Position numbers and translations under genes: made by a program
In this document: positions 17,406 through 25,970 of the stretch, piece by piece
Layout of the letters: every line of letters begins with the position of its first letter
How positions within the stretch are numbered: position 1 is the first letter of the stretch
The notes under the pieces: generated by a model
Told to the model about the DNA's origin: nothing
Database searches by the model: none
Seen by the model: only the letters and a program-made list of their open reading frames with translations
Assembly (NCBI GenBank): GCA_039208735.1
Contig: JBCCQY010000112.1
Location: 1 to 29,438, forward strand
Length of the DNA stretch: 29,438 nucleotides
From: Myxococcota bacterium
GTDB taxonomy: Bacteria > Myxococcota_A > UBA796 > GCA-2862545
Reading direction: 5' to 3'

Positions 17406-17659
17406 CTGTTCTCCTCTGGGTCCTCACGGTCCCGGAACCCGGAGAAGTGTCCCCTCATGGGATTTGCGCTACCACTCTCATTTCCGTCACAAGTCCTGTC
17501 CGCCGATCGTCCAGATCAACCAAAATCAAGATTCTATCGTCACTAGCACCGAAACAGCAGTGTGTCATCGCTTGTCGGACGCCGACTGGATCCTACTTCT
17601 TGGAGAACGCCGGTTCCACATTGCAGCGGACAAGGCAAAAGCCAATCGAAACTCAAGTT

Positions 17660-17678
17660 TCCGACATTGGCAGTCGGA
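17660..17678. promoter_or_regulatory. Inverted repeat TCCGAC-N7-GTCGGA immediately before the LysR start; candidate LysR autoregulatory site
   Basis: Palindrome seen directly. A degenerate related sequence (TCCACATTGCAGCGGA) lies about 45 bp upstream. Confidence 0.4.
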
Positions 17679-17684
17679 GTCCTT

Positions 17685-18620
17685 ATGCCAAAGATCGATC
17701 ACTTGGTCGATTTCGTAGCGGTTGTGGATGCGGGTAGCATCTCGGCTGCGGCGCGCACCCTCGGTATTCCTCGGGCGACGTTGAGCCGACGCCTTACCGC
17801 GCTCGAGCAAGACCTGAAGGTCAAGCTGATCCGTCGCGAAACCCGGCAAATCGGCCTCACACATGCGGGGGAGGTCCTGCTGGCTCGAGCGCGGGCATTG
17901 GTGGCCACGGCCGAAGAAACGTGGCATGCCGTTCAGCAGATCCACGAGAAGCCAGCGGGACGGCTGCGGCTTTCGTTGCCTCCAGCCGTCATTTTCAGCG
18001 ATTTACTGGTTCAATTCGGGCAAGCGTTCCCGGAGATCGAACTCCAGGCGATCGGCACCCCTGTGTTGGTCGACATGGTGGCGGAGGGGGTCGACGTCGC
18101 GTTGCGTTCAGGCATCATCCGTACGGACGGGCTCATCGCCAGGCGCTTGTGGTCGGAACGCTATGGTCTGGTCGCTTCTCCAGCGTACCTCGAGGCTCGC
18201 GGGCGCCTCAAGACCGTCGACAAACTGGCACGTCACAACTGCATTGTCGGGTTCGGCGAGTCCTGGCAGCCTGCCTTGTCGTTCCCCCTTCACTCGGGTG
18301 GGCAGGTTCCCGTTCACAGCCACTTCGCATGCCAAGACCCGTTCACCCAGCTCGTGGCCGCCCTAGATGGGATGGGCATTGCGTTGCTGCCGCTCGACAT
18401 GACGAAGGCTTACGTCGAAAGCGGGCAGCTTGAGCGCATCCTGCCCCACGACATCGGCTTCGACAAACCGACGTCACTGGTCTTTCCGGACCGCGAGTTC
18501 CTGCCGTCTCCGGTTCGCGCGTTCATCGACTTCACGGTTCAGTTCTTTGCCGATGGCCCCTACCCAGGTGGTCATCGAGTGGACCCAAGGTTCTTTCCTG
18601 ACATCGACGTCAACGGGTGA
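17685..18620 (+). CDS. LysR-family regulator, CrgA/DmlR-like (311 aa)
   Basis: FVAVVDAGSISAAARTLGIPRATLSRRLTALEQDLKVKLIRR, EGVDVALR, ASPAYL, VRAFIDF. Divergent from the lipoprotein pair. Confidence 0.95.
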   Translation: MPKIDHLVDFVAVVDAGSISAAARTLGIPRATLSRRLTALEQDLKVKLIRRETRQIGLTHAGEVLLARARALVATAEETWHAVQQIHEKPAGRLRLSLPPAVIFSDLLVQFGQAFPEIELQAIGTPVLVDMVAEGVDVALRSGIIRTDGLIARRLWSERYGLVASPAYLEARGRLKTVDKLARHNCIVGFGESWQPALSFPLHSGGQVPVHSHFACQDPFTQLVAALDGMGIALLPLDMTKAYVESGQLERILPHDIGFDKPTSLVFPDREFLPSPVRAFIDFTVQFFADGPYPGGHRVDPRFFPDIDVNG

Positions 18621-18647
18621 TTCCCAGCCACCGCGATAGGACTCGTC

Positions 18648-19313
18648 ATGGACGTGCATCAACTGGTCGATGACGATCGCTTGCGGGGAGTTCAAGACTG
18701 GGATGACCTCGCGGTCTTGGGACGTCGCAACCTGGACCGTTTGGCGCGATTCGCGCAAGCAACGGCAACCCGCGAATGGCCGGATGCAACTCGTGTCGAA
18801 CGCCAGATGTGGACCAAGCAGATCCAGGCGTTGAACGGTTTGACGGAGTCACCCGGCCCTGTCAAACCTCTCCTCCCCCGCCTTCGTATTGAGTCGTTCG
18901 GCCTCGGGCAGGAGGTTGCCATCTTCGTCGGCGATACGACCGACATCGTCGTGGGACCTTGGGTCACGGCGGAGGTCGTCGAGGTGGTGAAGGCCCACCG
19001 TGTCGCCTGGTCCAGTCATCCCAGCCGTGGATACTACTGGCGGGTCACCGCACACACAAAAATTCCTGTGCTCGAGGGACGGTCGGAGATTTCCTTCACC
19101 ACCTCCGAACCTCGGGTCCTTGTCTTGAACGACGTAGCCGCTTTGCTCCACGCGCGAACCGAAGACCCGCGGTTCTTCAACATCTTCGTAGAGAACGCTC
19201 GCCGAGCCTGGCACCCGTTGTGGTGCCTCGAAACAGGGCGAGAGGGGTCCGGGGAAGCCCTCGACCTAGGGCAAGCCCTGCAAGGCTGGGACTACGGTGT
19301 TTCAACACAGTAG
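18648..19313 (+). CDS. Hypothetical protein (221 aa)
   Basis: AGGA before ATG, follows LysR on the same strand, protein-like composition. No family recognised. Confidence 0.65.
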   Translation: MDVHQLVDDDRLRGVQDWDDLAVLGRRNLDRLARFAQATATREWPDATRVERQMWTKQIQALNGLTESPGPVKPLLPRLRIESFGLGQEVAIFVGDTTDIVVGPWVTAEVVEVVKAHRVAWSSHPSRGYYWRVTAHTKIPVLEGRSEISFTTSEPRVLVLNDVAALLHARTEDPRFFNIFVENARRAWHPLWCLETGREGSGEALDLGQALQGWDYGVSTQ

Positions 19314-20809
19314 AGGTGTCCTTCGCTAAAGCAAGGAATGATGCCGGACCACGATGTCGCCCAAAGGCCGGTCACCGCGTAACTACCAAACGCGGTGAAT
19401 GCATTTGAACTTTCGTCGGTCCATGTGGCGCATTGATCGTTGCCAAGCGCATGCCCGTCACTGCTTGCTGTGCCCGTCCAAACCCGATGGAATCGAGCCA
19501 GCGGATCGGCCTCGATCATGGCACCCGTCTCATCGAAGGGGCGACCCGTGGCAGGTTCCAACATCTCGAGAAACGTCTCGCCAAGGAGGGCACCGTCCAT
19601 GCGCACCCATGGTCCTTGGGCAGGAAACCGATCCACGGCATCGACATTGGGGTCCGAGAGTAGAGCAAGGAACTCTCCCGTCGTCGTGAGACCAGCGGCT
19701 GCAGCCAGGCTCTGGCAGATAGCATCGCCCGCTGCGATGCCCGTTGCGCCATTCGCTTCGGGCCAGCTTCCCAGGTTTGCCGACCCCGAGGCGCTACTCA
19801 CGAACACGCGCAACCCGGCTTCACGCGGAGGGGACAGCGGCACGCTCTCATCGATTTGAAGGCAAACCAGAGGAAGTTCACTGTCACACGACCAAAGGTT
19901 CGACGCCCAGGTGTCTTCTGGAGGCCGCAGTCGCGTCTCGATGCCCCAGTGGATCCGACCGTCTACATCGGCATCTCCACGCGTCCAGTCCCCACAGTTG
20001 TAGGGTCGGGTGCCGTACCACATCCCGACCGTTCCAGACGGGCTTTTCGCCAGCGTCTGATTAAGAGGGTGCAACAGAAAAGCCTCGAACATGGTAGCGC
20101 TGTCGCCAAGCGGCAATCCATCGGGCCGCTGCCACGTTCGCACCGACGGAAAACTGTTCATGCCGCAGGTCTCCGACATCTTACCCTCGAGGTCGTACAG
20201 GGCACAGCCTGCATCACTTACGCCATCCGACAACAACGCCCGAAACGTCCCCGTCAGCCCCGCCTCGGCGGCTTCGCTCGTACAAATAGCATCGCCAGCG
20301 GCCCGACCTGTTGCACCGTTTGCCGCTGGCCAACTGCTTAGGTCTCCCGTGCCCCGCTGGGTGGTCACGAATGCGAGCTGTGTGGATACCGCCACCGTGA
20401 CGGATGCTTCGACCTGCGTACCCGCGGCGCTGCGTGCGGTAAGGGTCATTGTATGGGTAGGAGACGCCGTCCAAGTGGTGACAGGCTGAATCTGAAGTCG
20501 GTCTCCACCCGCCCGCCGGGCCCGAAGCCAAGTGGTGCTTACCGGCGATGCCTCTACCAAGGTGCCGCCAAGCTGAACGGAGCCTTGGTTCATCGGAACG
20601 TCAAAGTCGACGAAGACCGGTTGAGTCACTCCCAGCTCACCAGATGCGGGGGTCACCATCACCTGGACGACCTCGGGGTCCGCGAGGCCCGTATCGCCCG
20701 TCATCGCAGTGGGCTGAAGTGCTGAACCCGTCTCTTCGATGGGCGCTGACCCATCCATTATGGAGTCTCCGCCTGAACATGCCACGGCCCATCCGACGAA
20801 CAAACGCAC
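19292..20809 (-). CDS. Surface lipoprotein with Ig-like domain and two tandem DUF1554/endostatin-like domains (505 aa)
   Basis: GGAGG then GTG 20809, AVAC lipobox, VFVDFDVPMN Ig-like motif. Two copies of FV[TS]...G.[GA][DN]L.SWP.ANGATG.AAGDAIC...A..AGL...F.ALLSD, each ending C..W....C.....L.C. Confidence 0.82.
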   Translation of the reverse strand: MRLFVGWAVACSGGDSIMDGSAPIEETGSALQPTAMTGDTGLADPEVVQVMVTPASGELGVTQPVFVDFDVPMNQGSVQLGGTLVEASPVSTTWLRARRAGGDRLQIQPVTTWTASPTHTMTLTARSAAGTQVEASVTVAVSTQLAFVTTQRGTGDLSSWPAANGATGRAAGDAICTSEAAEAGLTGTFRALLSDGVSDAGCALYDLEGKMSETCGMNSFPSVRTWQRPDGLPLGDSATMFEAFLLHPLNQTLAKSPSGTVGMWYGTRPYNCGDWTRGDADVDGRIHWGIETRLRPPEDTWASNLWSCDSELPLVCLQIDESVPLSPPREAGLRVFVSSASGSANLGSWPEANGATGIAAGDAICQSLAAAAGLTTTGEFLALLSDPNVDAVDRFPAQGPWVRMDGALLGETFLEMLEPATGRPFDETGAMIEADPLARFHRVWTGTASSDGHALGNDQCATWTDESSNAFTAFGSYAVTGLWATSWSGIIPCFSEGHLYCVETP

Positions 20810-20881
20810 CTTCACCTCCCAATGGGCAGGAACGTAGTGGCGAGCGGGAAACATGCTGGTGATCAAACGGTGATCGAGCGG

Positions 20882-22144
20882 TCACTCAGAACCCGGAATC
20901 ACCACGGGCATCCCGGAACGTCCATGCCGCAATCTAAACCAAGCGAAACCCAAAAAGGGCCAGAGACCCGCGCACAGACTGCCTTCGATGCACCCCGTCG
21001 ACGGGGAAGTTGGGGACGTTGGGGGAGTCGAAGGAGGAGGCGACGGTCGCTCGATGAATCGCCCGTCATGATCAAACACGTCGGCAAACCGATGCAATGC
21101 GACCCAAGCACCGTAGCGCTGTAGAACGTGGTAGACGGCTGACCACGTGGTGGGCTGACTTCGGTAGCCCTGGTCACTCAGCCACTCCGCCCTCAGCCGG
21201 GTCGGTGAGACCAGATTCAGTCGAGGCCGTCGATCTGCATTACGTTCCGACGTTTCATACAGGTAGTCACCGGTTTCGAACCTCCGAATCAGCTCATGCG
21301 TCGACTCATCGTGCAGCTCGCCAGAGTTGTAGATGAGAGCGCCCGCAATGAAGCGCCCCGCTCGACTCCGATCCATCAACGCAGGACGTCCCGCGTCTCG
21401 CAGTTCTCGGTCGGTTCGCTCCAGTTCCCACGACCAAATCAAAGCCGTCGCAACCACCAGTTCGCGAAAGTCTAGGTTGCGACGAAGCCAAGCAAAGTGC
21501 CCAGGTGGCGGTTCGAGTTCGCCTTTGTGTTCCGCGGGAGGCCGGTCCTTGGTGTCCAAAAAGACCGAGGAAACAAGCGCCGCCGAGCAGGTATCATCTA
21601 GCGTTTTCGCCAGAGACCGTCGGTGATGGACGCCTTTCGCAAGATCGACAAGGCCCACTGCGTTGACTGGATCCAAGTCCGCCCGCTCGCTGTTGGGCGC
21701 CTGAAGCATCAGGGCTCCGCCCTCGGCAAGAAACGTGACCACCACCTCGGCGTCATTGATGCGAATGTCGGAGCCTCGTGACGCCAGGTCGTGATTGACC
21801 ACATCAACCGCACAACGGGTGGTTTGCTGCAGAACCCACTCGTGCTGCGCGGTGTCATGCCGTAGGTCGACGTAGCCGAAATACCGCTTTGGAAACACCC
21901 CGCTTCGAACGTAAGCGTCGAACTTGAATGCTTCGAATCCCACCACGCGACGCTTGAGGTCGTCCGGCGTCGTGGCCATGCCCCTTGCCTCACGCCACGC
22001 GAGCGCTCCCTCAACCTCAGCTCGAAGCACGCGACGCAACGCGTTCTCGTCCTCGGCAGGAGGGGCCAAAGCCTCCAATTCCGCGTCGATCAATGCCTCG
22101 AGTTCCTCGTCTGGCGAGGCAAATGCCAAGGCCCACCACAACAT
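20882..22144 (-). CDS. Exported protein with possible divergent lysozyme-like/lytic transglycosylase domain and MYXO-CTERM-like tail (420 aa)
   Basis: AGGGAG RBS and short hydrophobic leader. FLAEGG / AVGLVDL / ALIYNSG occur in SLT motif order. Pro/Thr/Ser linker, TGC, hydrophobic stretch and RLRHGR at the C-terminus. The gene is secure; the function is tentative. Confidence 0.6.
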   Translation of the reverse strand: MLWWALAFASPDEELEALIDAELEALAPPAEDENALRRVLRAEVEGALAWREARGMATTPDDLKRRVVGFEAFKFDAYVRSGVFPKRYFGYVDLRHDTAQHEWVLQQTTRCAVDVVNHDLASRGSDIRINDAEVVVTFLAEGGALMLQAPNSERADLDPVNAVGLVDLAKGVHHRRSLAKTLDDTCSAALVSSVFLDTKDRPPAEHKGELEPPPGHFAWLRRNLDFRELVVATALIWSWELERTDRELRDAGRPALMDRSRAGRFIAGALIYNSGELHDESTHELIRRFETGDYLYETSERNADRRPRLNLVSPTRLRAEWLSDQGYRSQPTTWSAVYHVLQRYGAWVALHRFADVFDHDGRFIERPSPPPSTPPTSPTSPSTGCIEGSLCAGLWPFLGFAWFRLRHGRSGMPVVIPGSE

Positions 22145-22380
22145 GGACGAACTCCCTATCAGAACGCGCAGGGTTCCTTCAAGAACGCGCCTACGTCATG
22201 TTTGACGTCCCAGCGTCGCACGATCTTGTCCTGACCATCCAGGAGGAACAACCATCGCTCCCCGTCTCACTCTACCCGACCGTGGGGGAAGGGAACCAGA
22301 GCCGTGGGGAAACCAACATGAGGTATTGTGTGGCGACTGACGAGAAGGGCCAACCCGGGCATCGTCCGAAGGGAGTTCCG

Positions 22381-22578
22381 ATGCAGAGCCTGCTGTTCCG
22401 AACGATAATCCTAGGCTATCTCGCTGCCGCGTGTGTCGAGCCCCCGATCAATGAGACGGAAACGTCTGGAGAAGACACCCGCCCTACGGACTCACAGACC
22501 GCCGACACGATGGACACCAACGGCTGTCTGCCAGGGATCTTTGACCAGAGCAACTTCGATCAGGCCTGTTTTCAATAG
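22381..22578 (+). CDS. Micro-lipoprotein (65 aa) with C-terminal Cys-bracketed FDQ repeat
   Basis: AAGGGAG before ATG 22381, LAAA-C lipobox, Thr/Asp/Glu linker, end CLPGIFDQSNFDQACFQ. This is the 3' third of track ORF 21985..22578. Confidence 0.75.
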   Translation: MQSLLFRTIILGYLAAACVEPPINETETSGEDTRPTDSQTADTMDTNGCLPGIFDQSNFDQACFQ

Positions 22579-22579
22579 G

Positions 22580-23419
22580 TCACGGAGCGTTGGGGTTTGG
22601 AATGCAGCCCGCATACACGTGGAGGGTTGTGTTGTTGGATGAATCAATGGCACACTTCCACGTCGAGTAGGCGCCTGGCGACCCTACGATCTCGTTGTCA
22701 GGGAAGTTGCGGTAAATCAGGCCCGCCCCCGCAACCTGACACCCGCCGCTCAACACCATCTCGCCCGTCGGGCACTGCGCGCCGCGTTCGTTGTTGTCAT
22801 TGACATCATTAAACTCCGTGATCACCCAGTTGATGTCTCGCGCGGGTAGGGCGGCGAAGTCGGCCTGGAGCTGATTGACGTCCGCACGCAGGTCGCTCAC
22901 GTCGCCCTCGAGCATGCTCACTTGGCCTTGAAGCGTGTTGACGTCGGTCTGCAGGGTTCCCGTTGCGCTCTGGAGCACCCCGACATCTTTTTGAAGGGTG
23001 CTTACGTCTCCCTCCAGCGTCGTGACCCGAGCCACGACGTTGCCAAGATCCGTCTGCACGGTTCCCGTGGTCCCTTCGAGCGTGGTGACCCGACCTTCCA
23101 CCACATTGAGATCTGCCTGGGCGGCTGTGGTTTTCTGAAGGTCGGTGATCTCGGCATCGTGGGTGGAAACGTTGGCTTCGATTGCCGAGGCGCGAAGGTC
23201 CAGCCCATTCGCAGCGTCCGCCGCCACCCGATCGTCTTCGTTAGCGAGGTACGCGAAGTTGTCATTCATCGACGAAGCTCGAATGGGCGTATCTGGCTCG
23301 AACACGATGAGCCCCACCGACCCCGCACGGGCGAGTCCCCCAACCAAGAGCATGCCAGCTATAAGTAGGGTTGCTGCTGCCACAACCCCACCCGGGGTAA
23401 TGTGAATCTCAACCTTCAC
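22580..23419 (-). CDS. Exported fibre-like protein: long heptad coiled-coil stalk with Cys-containing C-terminal head (279 aa)
   Basis: AGGAGG before GTG 23419, signal peptide ending ARA, FEPDTPIRASSMNDNF motif, about 13 V/L heptads, head with CPTGEMVLSGGC...WKC...VYAGC. Confidence 0.82.
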   Translation of the reverse strand: MKVEIHITPGGVVAAATLLIAGMLLVGGLARAGSVGLIVFEPDTPIRASSMNDNFAYLANEDDRVAADAANGLDLRASAIEANVSTHDAEITDLQKTTAAQADLNVVEGRVTTLEGTTGTVQTDLGNVVARVTTLEGDVSTLQKDVGVLQSATGTLQTDVNTLQGQVSMLEGDVSDLRADVNQLQADFAALPARDINWVITEFNDVNDNNERGAQCPTGEMVLSGGCQVAGAGLIYRNFPDNEIVGSPGAYSTWKCAIDSSNNTTLHVYAGCIPNPNAP

Positions 23420-24046
23420 GCTCCCTCCTGTGCTCGCAGCTTGCTCGCTCGTCCTGAATTTGACAACAGAGGCGACCAGAAGAGCGGTCGTGGCGAATCG
23501 CTTTGCGGGGAGACCTCGAGCGGGGTCCGCTTCACATCGAATGGAGGCATGGGTTCGGGGCGGCTCTCGATTAGACTGGACGACGCTGAGGACTGGGCGG
23601 TCGCTTCCGTCCTTCATCCCGATGTGACTTCACGCATCACCGAGTTGAAGCTAGGCGGTCGCTCGACCAACGTGGGGTGTATCCGTAGGCGAGCTGCGTC
23701 ATCTCAACCTTTGCAGATGCCAGTTCGGCGAAGCCGGTGCAGAGCGGCTCTGCGAACTGGGCGTTCGGGCTCAGCACCTCGATTTGACGGAATGCTGGCT
23801 CGAGGCCTCGGACCTCGGACTCCAAGACAGTGTCACGTCGTTCGATGACGGCGTATTCAAATCCGCGAAGACCCTGGTCCTGCCCGACGTCCCAGAAGGC
23901 GATCCGGCGGTGTTGACTCGCCTCGTGGGTGACCCTCTCGGCGAGTTTGGATTGTGATCAAGTCGTGATCAACGTCGCGCCGCTCCTTACGCGACATCTT
24001 GGCAGACTATCCAATCCCGGACTTGGACTTCGAGCCTGGAGGGTCG

Positions 24047-24592
24047 ATGACTTCGCTTCGCTGGATGTTGGTTTCACTCATGACACTGCCTGCTGCAGCA
24101 TGCTTCGAGATTGTGCTGCCCGACAGTGACGACGACCCTGAACCCATGCCCACCAACCCGACAACCCCTCCCGACCCGACCGAGCCAAAAGCTCCCACCG
24201 ACCCAATGATGGATCCCCCGGCGCTCATCGAGTTCGTGACGGTTACCTTGAATACCCTTAAAGACGACAAGCGAGACGACTCTATGATTCGACTCGAAGT
24301 CTTGGACCAAAGCGGCCGTGTGATCGCTTCGGATGAGGACACCTACGGGCGTTTCGCGGACAGTTCGACACGTCAGATCCCGCTTGACATCTTGGATCCG
24401 AGCGTCACCTTCGACGAGGTTGACGGTGGAGATGGCTGCATTGAATGGCGGGCCATCGGCAGCCTCGACCAGTGGAATGTCGCGTTTGACTACGAGGTTG
24501 GCTTTTCTGACAACACGGTGCTCATCGGCGTGGCAGGGAAGACCGAATTCTCTCAGTCGCGCACAACCTTGCAGTGCGCGGCGCTCCGCTAA
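24047..24592 (+). CDS. Hypothetical lipoprotein with Pro-rich linker and beta-sandwich-like domain (181 aa)
   Basis: GGAGGG before ATG 24047, AAA-C lipobox, PEPMPTNPTTPPDPTEP linker. Confidence 0.75.
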   Translation: MTSLRWMLVSLMTLPAAACFEIVLPDSDDDPEPMPTNPTTPPDPTEPKAPTDPMMDPPALIEFVTVTLNTLKDDKRDDSMIRLEVLDQSGRVIASDEDTYGRFADSSTRQIPLDILDPSVTFDEVDGGDGCIEWRAIGSLDQWNVAFDYEVGFSDNTVLIGVAGKTEFSQSRTTLQCAALR

Positions 24593-24650
24593 CCGCCCTT
24601 GGGGAAGTCTACGGAACGAGGTGAGGTGCAGCGGCATTCTGCAGCAAGCC

Positions 24651-25859
24651 TTATTCCATACAGTTATTGAATCGAGGCACGTCCTGATGCCCATCCCATC
24701 GCTGTGGCTCGATCTGGACGCTGGGTAACGCTGCGATGAGTTCGGGGTCGGGAACGAGCAACGTGTTCCAACGCAAGTCGATCCGCTCCAGATGCCGAAC
24801 CCGTGCGGGATCGCGCAAGAGGGCATTTGCATCCTCGATCATTCCCCCACGCATATCAAGAGACGCCAGCTGTGGAAGAATCGGGGAGCGCAACACCATC
24901 TCCAGGATGGACTCTGTATCGGTTGCGCAGACAAAACCCAGGTTTCGCAGGGATGGAAAGCGGTCTGGATCACACAAGACTTCGAGGTCGCGCCACCGGT
25001 AGCTGACCTGCCCGTAGTCGCTTGCGCCGAGCCACAAAACCAAAGTCTCCAGAGCAGGCAGCTCTGCATCCGCGAGGGAAACGAGCGTCTGACGGGGCAT
25101 CAGCGAGTGGCGAAGCTCGAGATGCCGCAGTGTTGGATGCTCGAGTGCGCCCAGGTGGTAGGCACATCCCGTCAGGGTGACACGATGAAGCGCAGGGGCC
25201 GCCCGCCACAAGGGCGTGAGATCCTGGAGCATCTCCCCAAAGGAGAGCAGATCCCGCGCATCGTCGTCCCCGACCGCGTCGAACGAAACGGTCTCCATTC
25301 CCACCACCAATTCGCGCAGCGTCGGACGCGGTGACGCGGTGAGGGCGTTCAGCACGGCGGTGCCTCGCCGGCGTGTCCGCTCCGAAGCTTCACGGTCGAC
25401 GCCCTGGGTCGAAAATCCTTTGTAGTGACGCAGGATGATCGAACGTACAAACTGAGCACTTGGACGGCCCAGAAGCGAGGTCAACACCTCGCCGGCTCCG
25501 GGACTTGCCCCGTAAGGCTCGCTGATCCGCACGGAGCGGACATGGCCTTCCTCCCAGGTCAGTTCGTAGCCTGGGAGGCCAGAGAAAGGACCACGTTGCT
25601 GGCGGAGCTGCGCATCGGGGTAAGATTCGCCGTTCCCGAGAATGCCCAACAGCGCCGCGCCATGCTCCTGCAAGATCGCCGCTTCAGCCTTCGCAAAATC
25701 GTCTGGGTCCATCGTGGAACGGGCTCGTTGAATGCCAGCAAGTTGGCCACGCGGGTCACCAATGGCCTGCAGAGCATCACCATAGACCTGCAGAGTGTTG
25801 CTGTCTTCTGGATTTTCGCGCAGAGCTTCTTCTAGTGCCGTCAGGTGGTCCGTGTTCAT
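24651..25859 (-). CDS. TIGR02996-type N-terminal domain plus leucine-rich repeats (402 aa)
   Basis: LEEALRENPED...VYGDALQAIGDPRG N-terminal motif. LRRs PTLRELVVG, PTLRHLEL, PALETLVLWLG, PSLRNLG, PQLASLDM, HLERIDLRWN. Confidence 0.85.
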   Translation of the reverse strand: MNTDHLTALEEALRENPEDSNTLQVYGDALQAIGDPRGQLAGIQRARSTMDPDDFAKAEAAILQEHGAALLGILGNGESYPDAQLRQQRGPFSGLPGYELTWEEGHVRSVRISEPYGASPGAGEVLTSLLGRPSAQFVRSIILRHYKGFSTQGVDREASERTRRRGTAVLNALTASPRPTLRELVVGMETVSFDAVGDDDARDLLSFGEMLQDLTPLWRAAPALHRVTLTGCAYHLGALEHPTLRHLELRHSLMPRQTLVSLADAELPALETLVLWLGASDYGQVSYRWRDLEVLCDPDRFPSLRNLGFVCATDTESILEMVLRSPILPQLASLDMRGGMIEDANALLRDPARVRHLERIDLRWNTLLVPDPELIAALPSVQIEPQRWDGHQDVPRFNNCME

Positions 25860-25970
25860 ACCCTAAGCATACGTCAGCCTTTGGATTGCTTGAGTGGGTT
25901 TCGACGATGGTTAGATGACGGTGGGCAGCTCTAGCGCGTACTCTCGCCAGCGTCGTGTGCTGGAGTAGAG

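Noticed and set aside
21985..22380. N-terminal 132 codons of track ORF 21985..22578
   Set aside because: They overlap the divergent gene. The RBS and lipoprotein signal point to a start at 22381.
23490..23540. CGCAAAGC on the minus strand upstream of the fibre gene as a c-di-GMP-I riboswitch
   Set aside because: The upstream GYAAA element and GNRA-capped P2 stem are missing.
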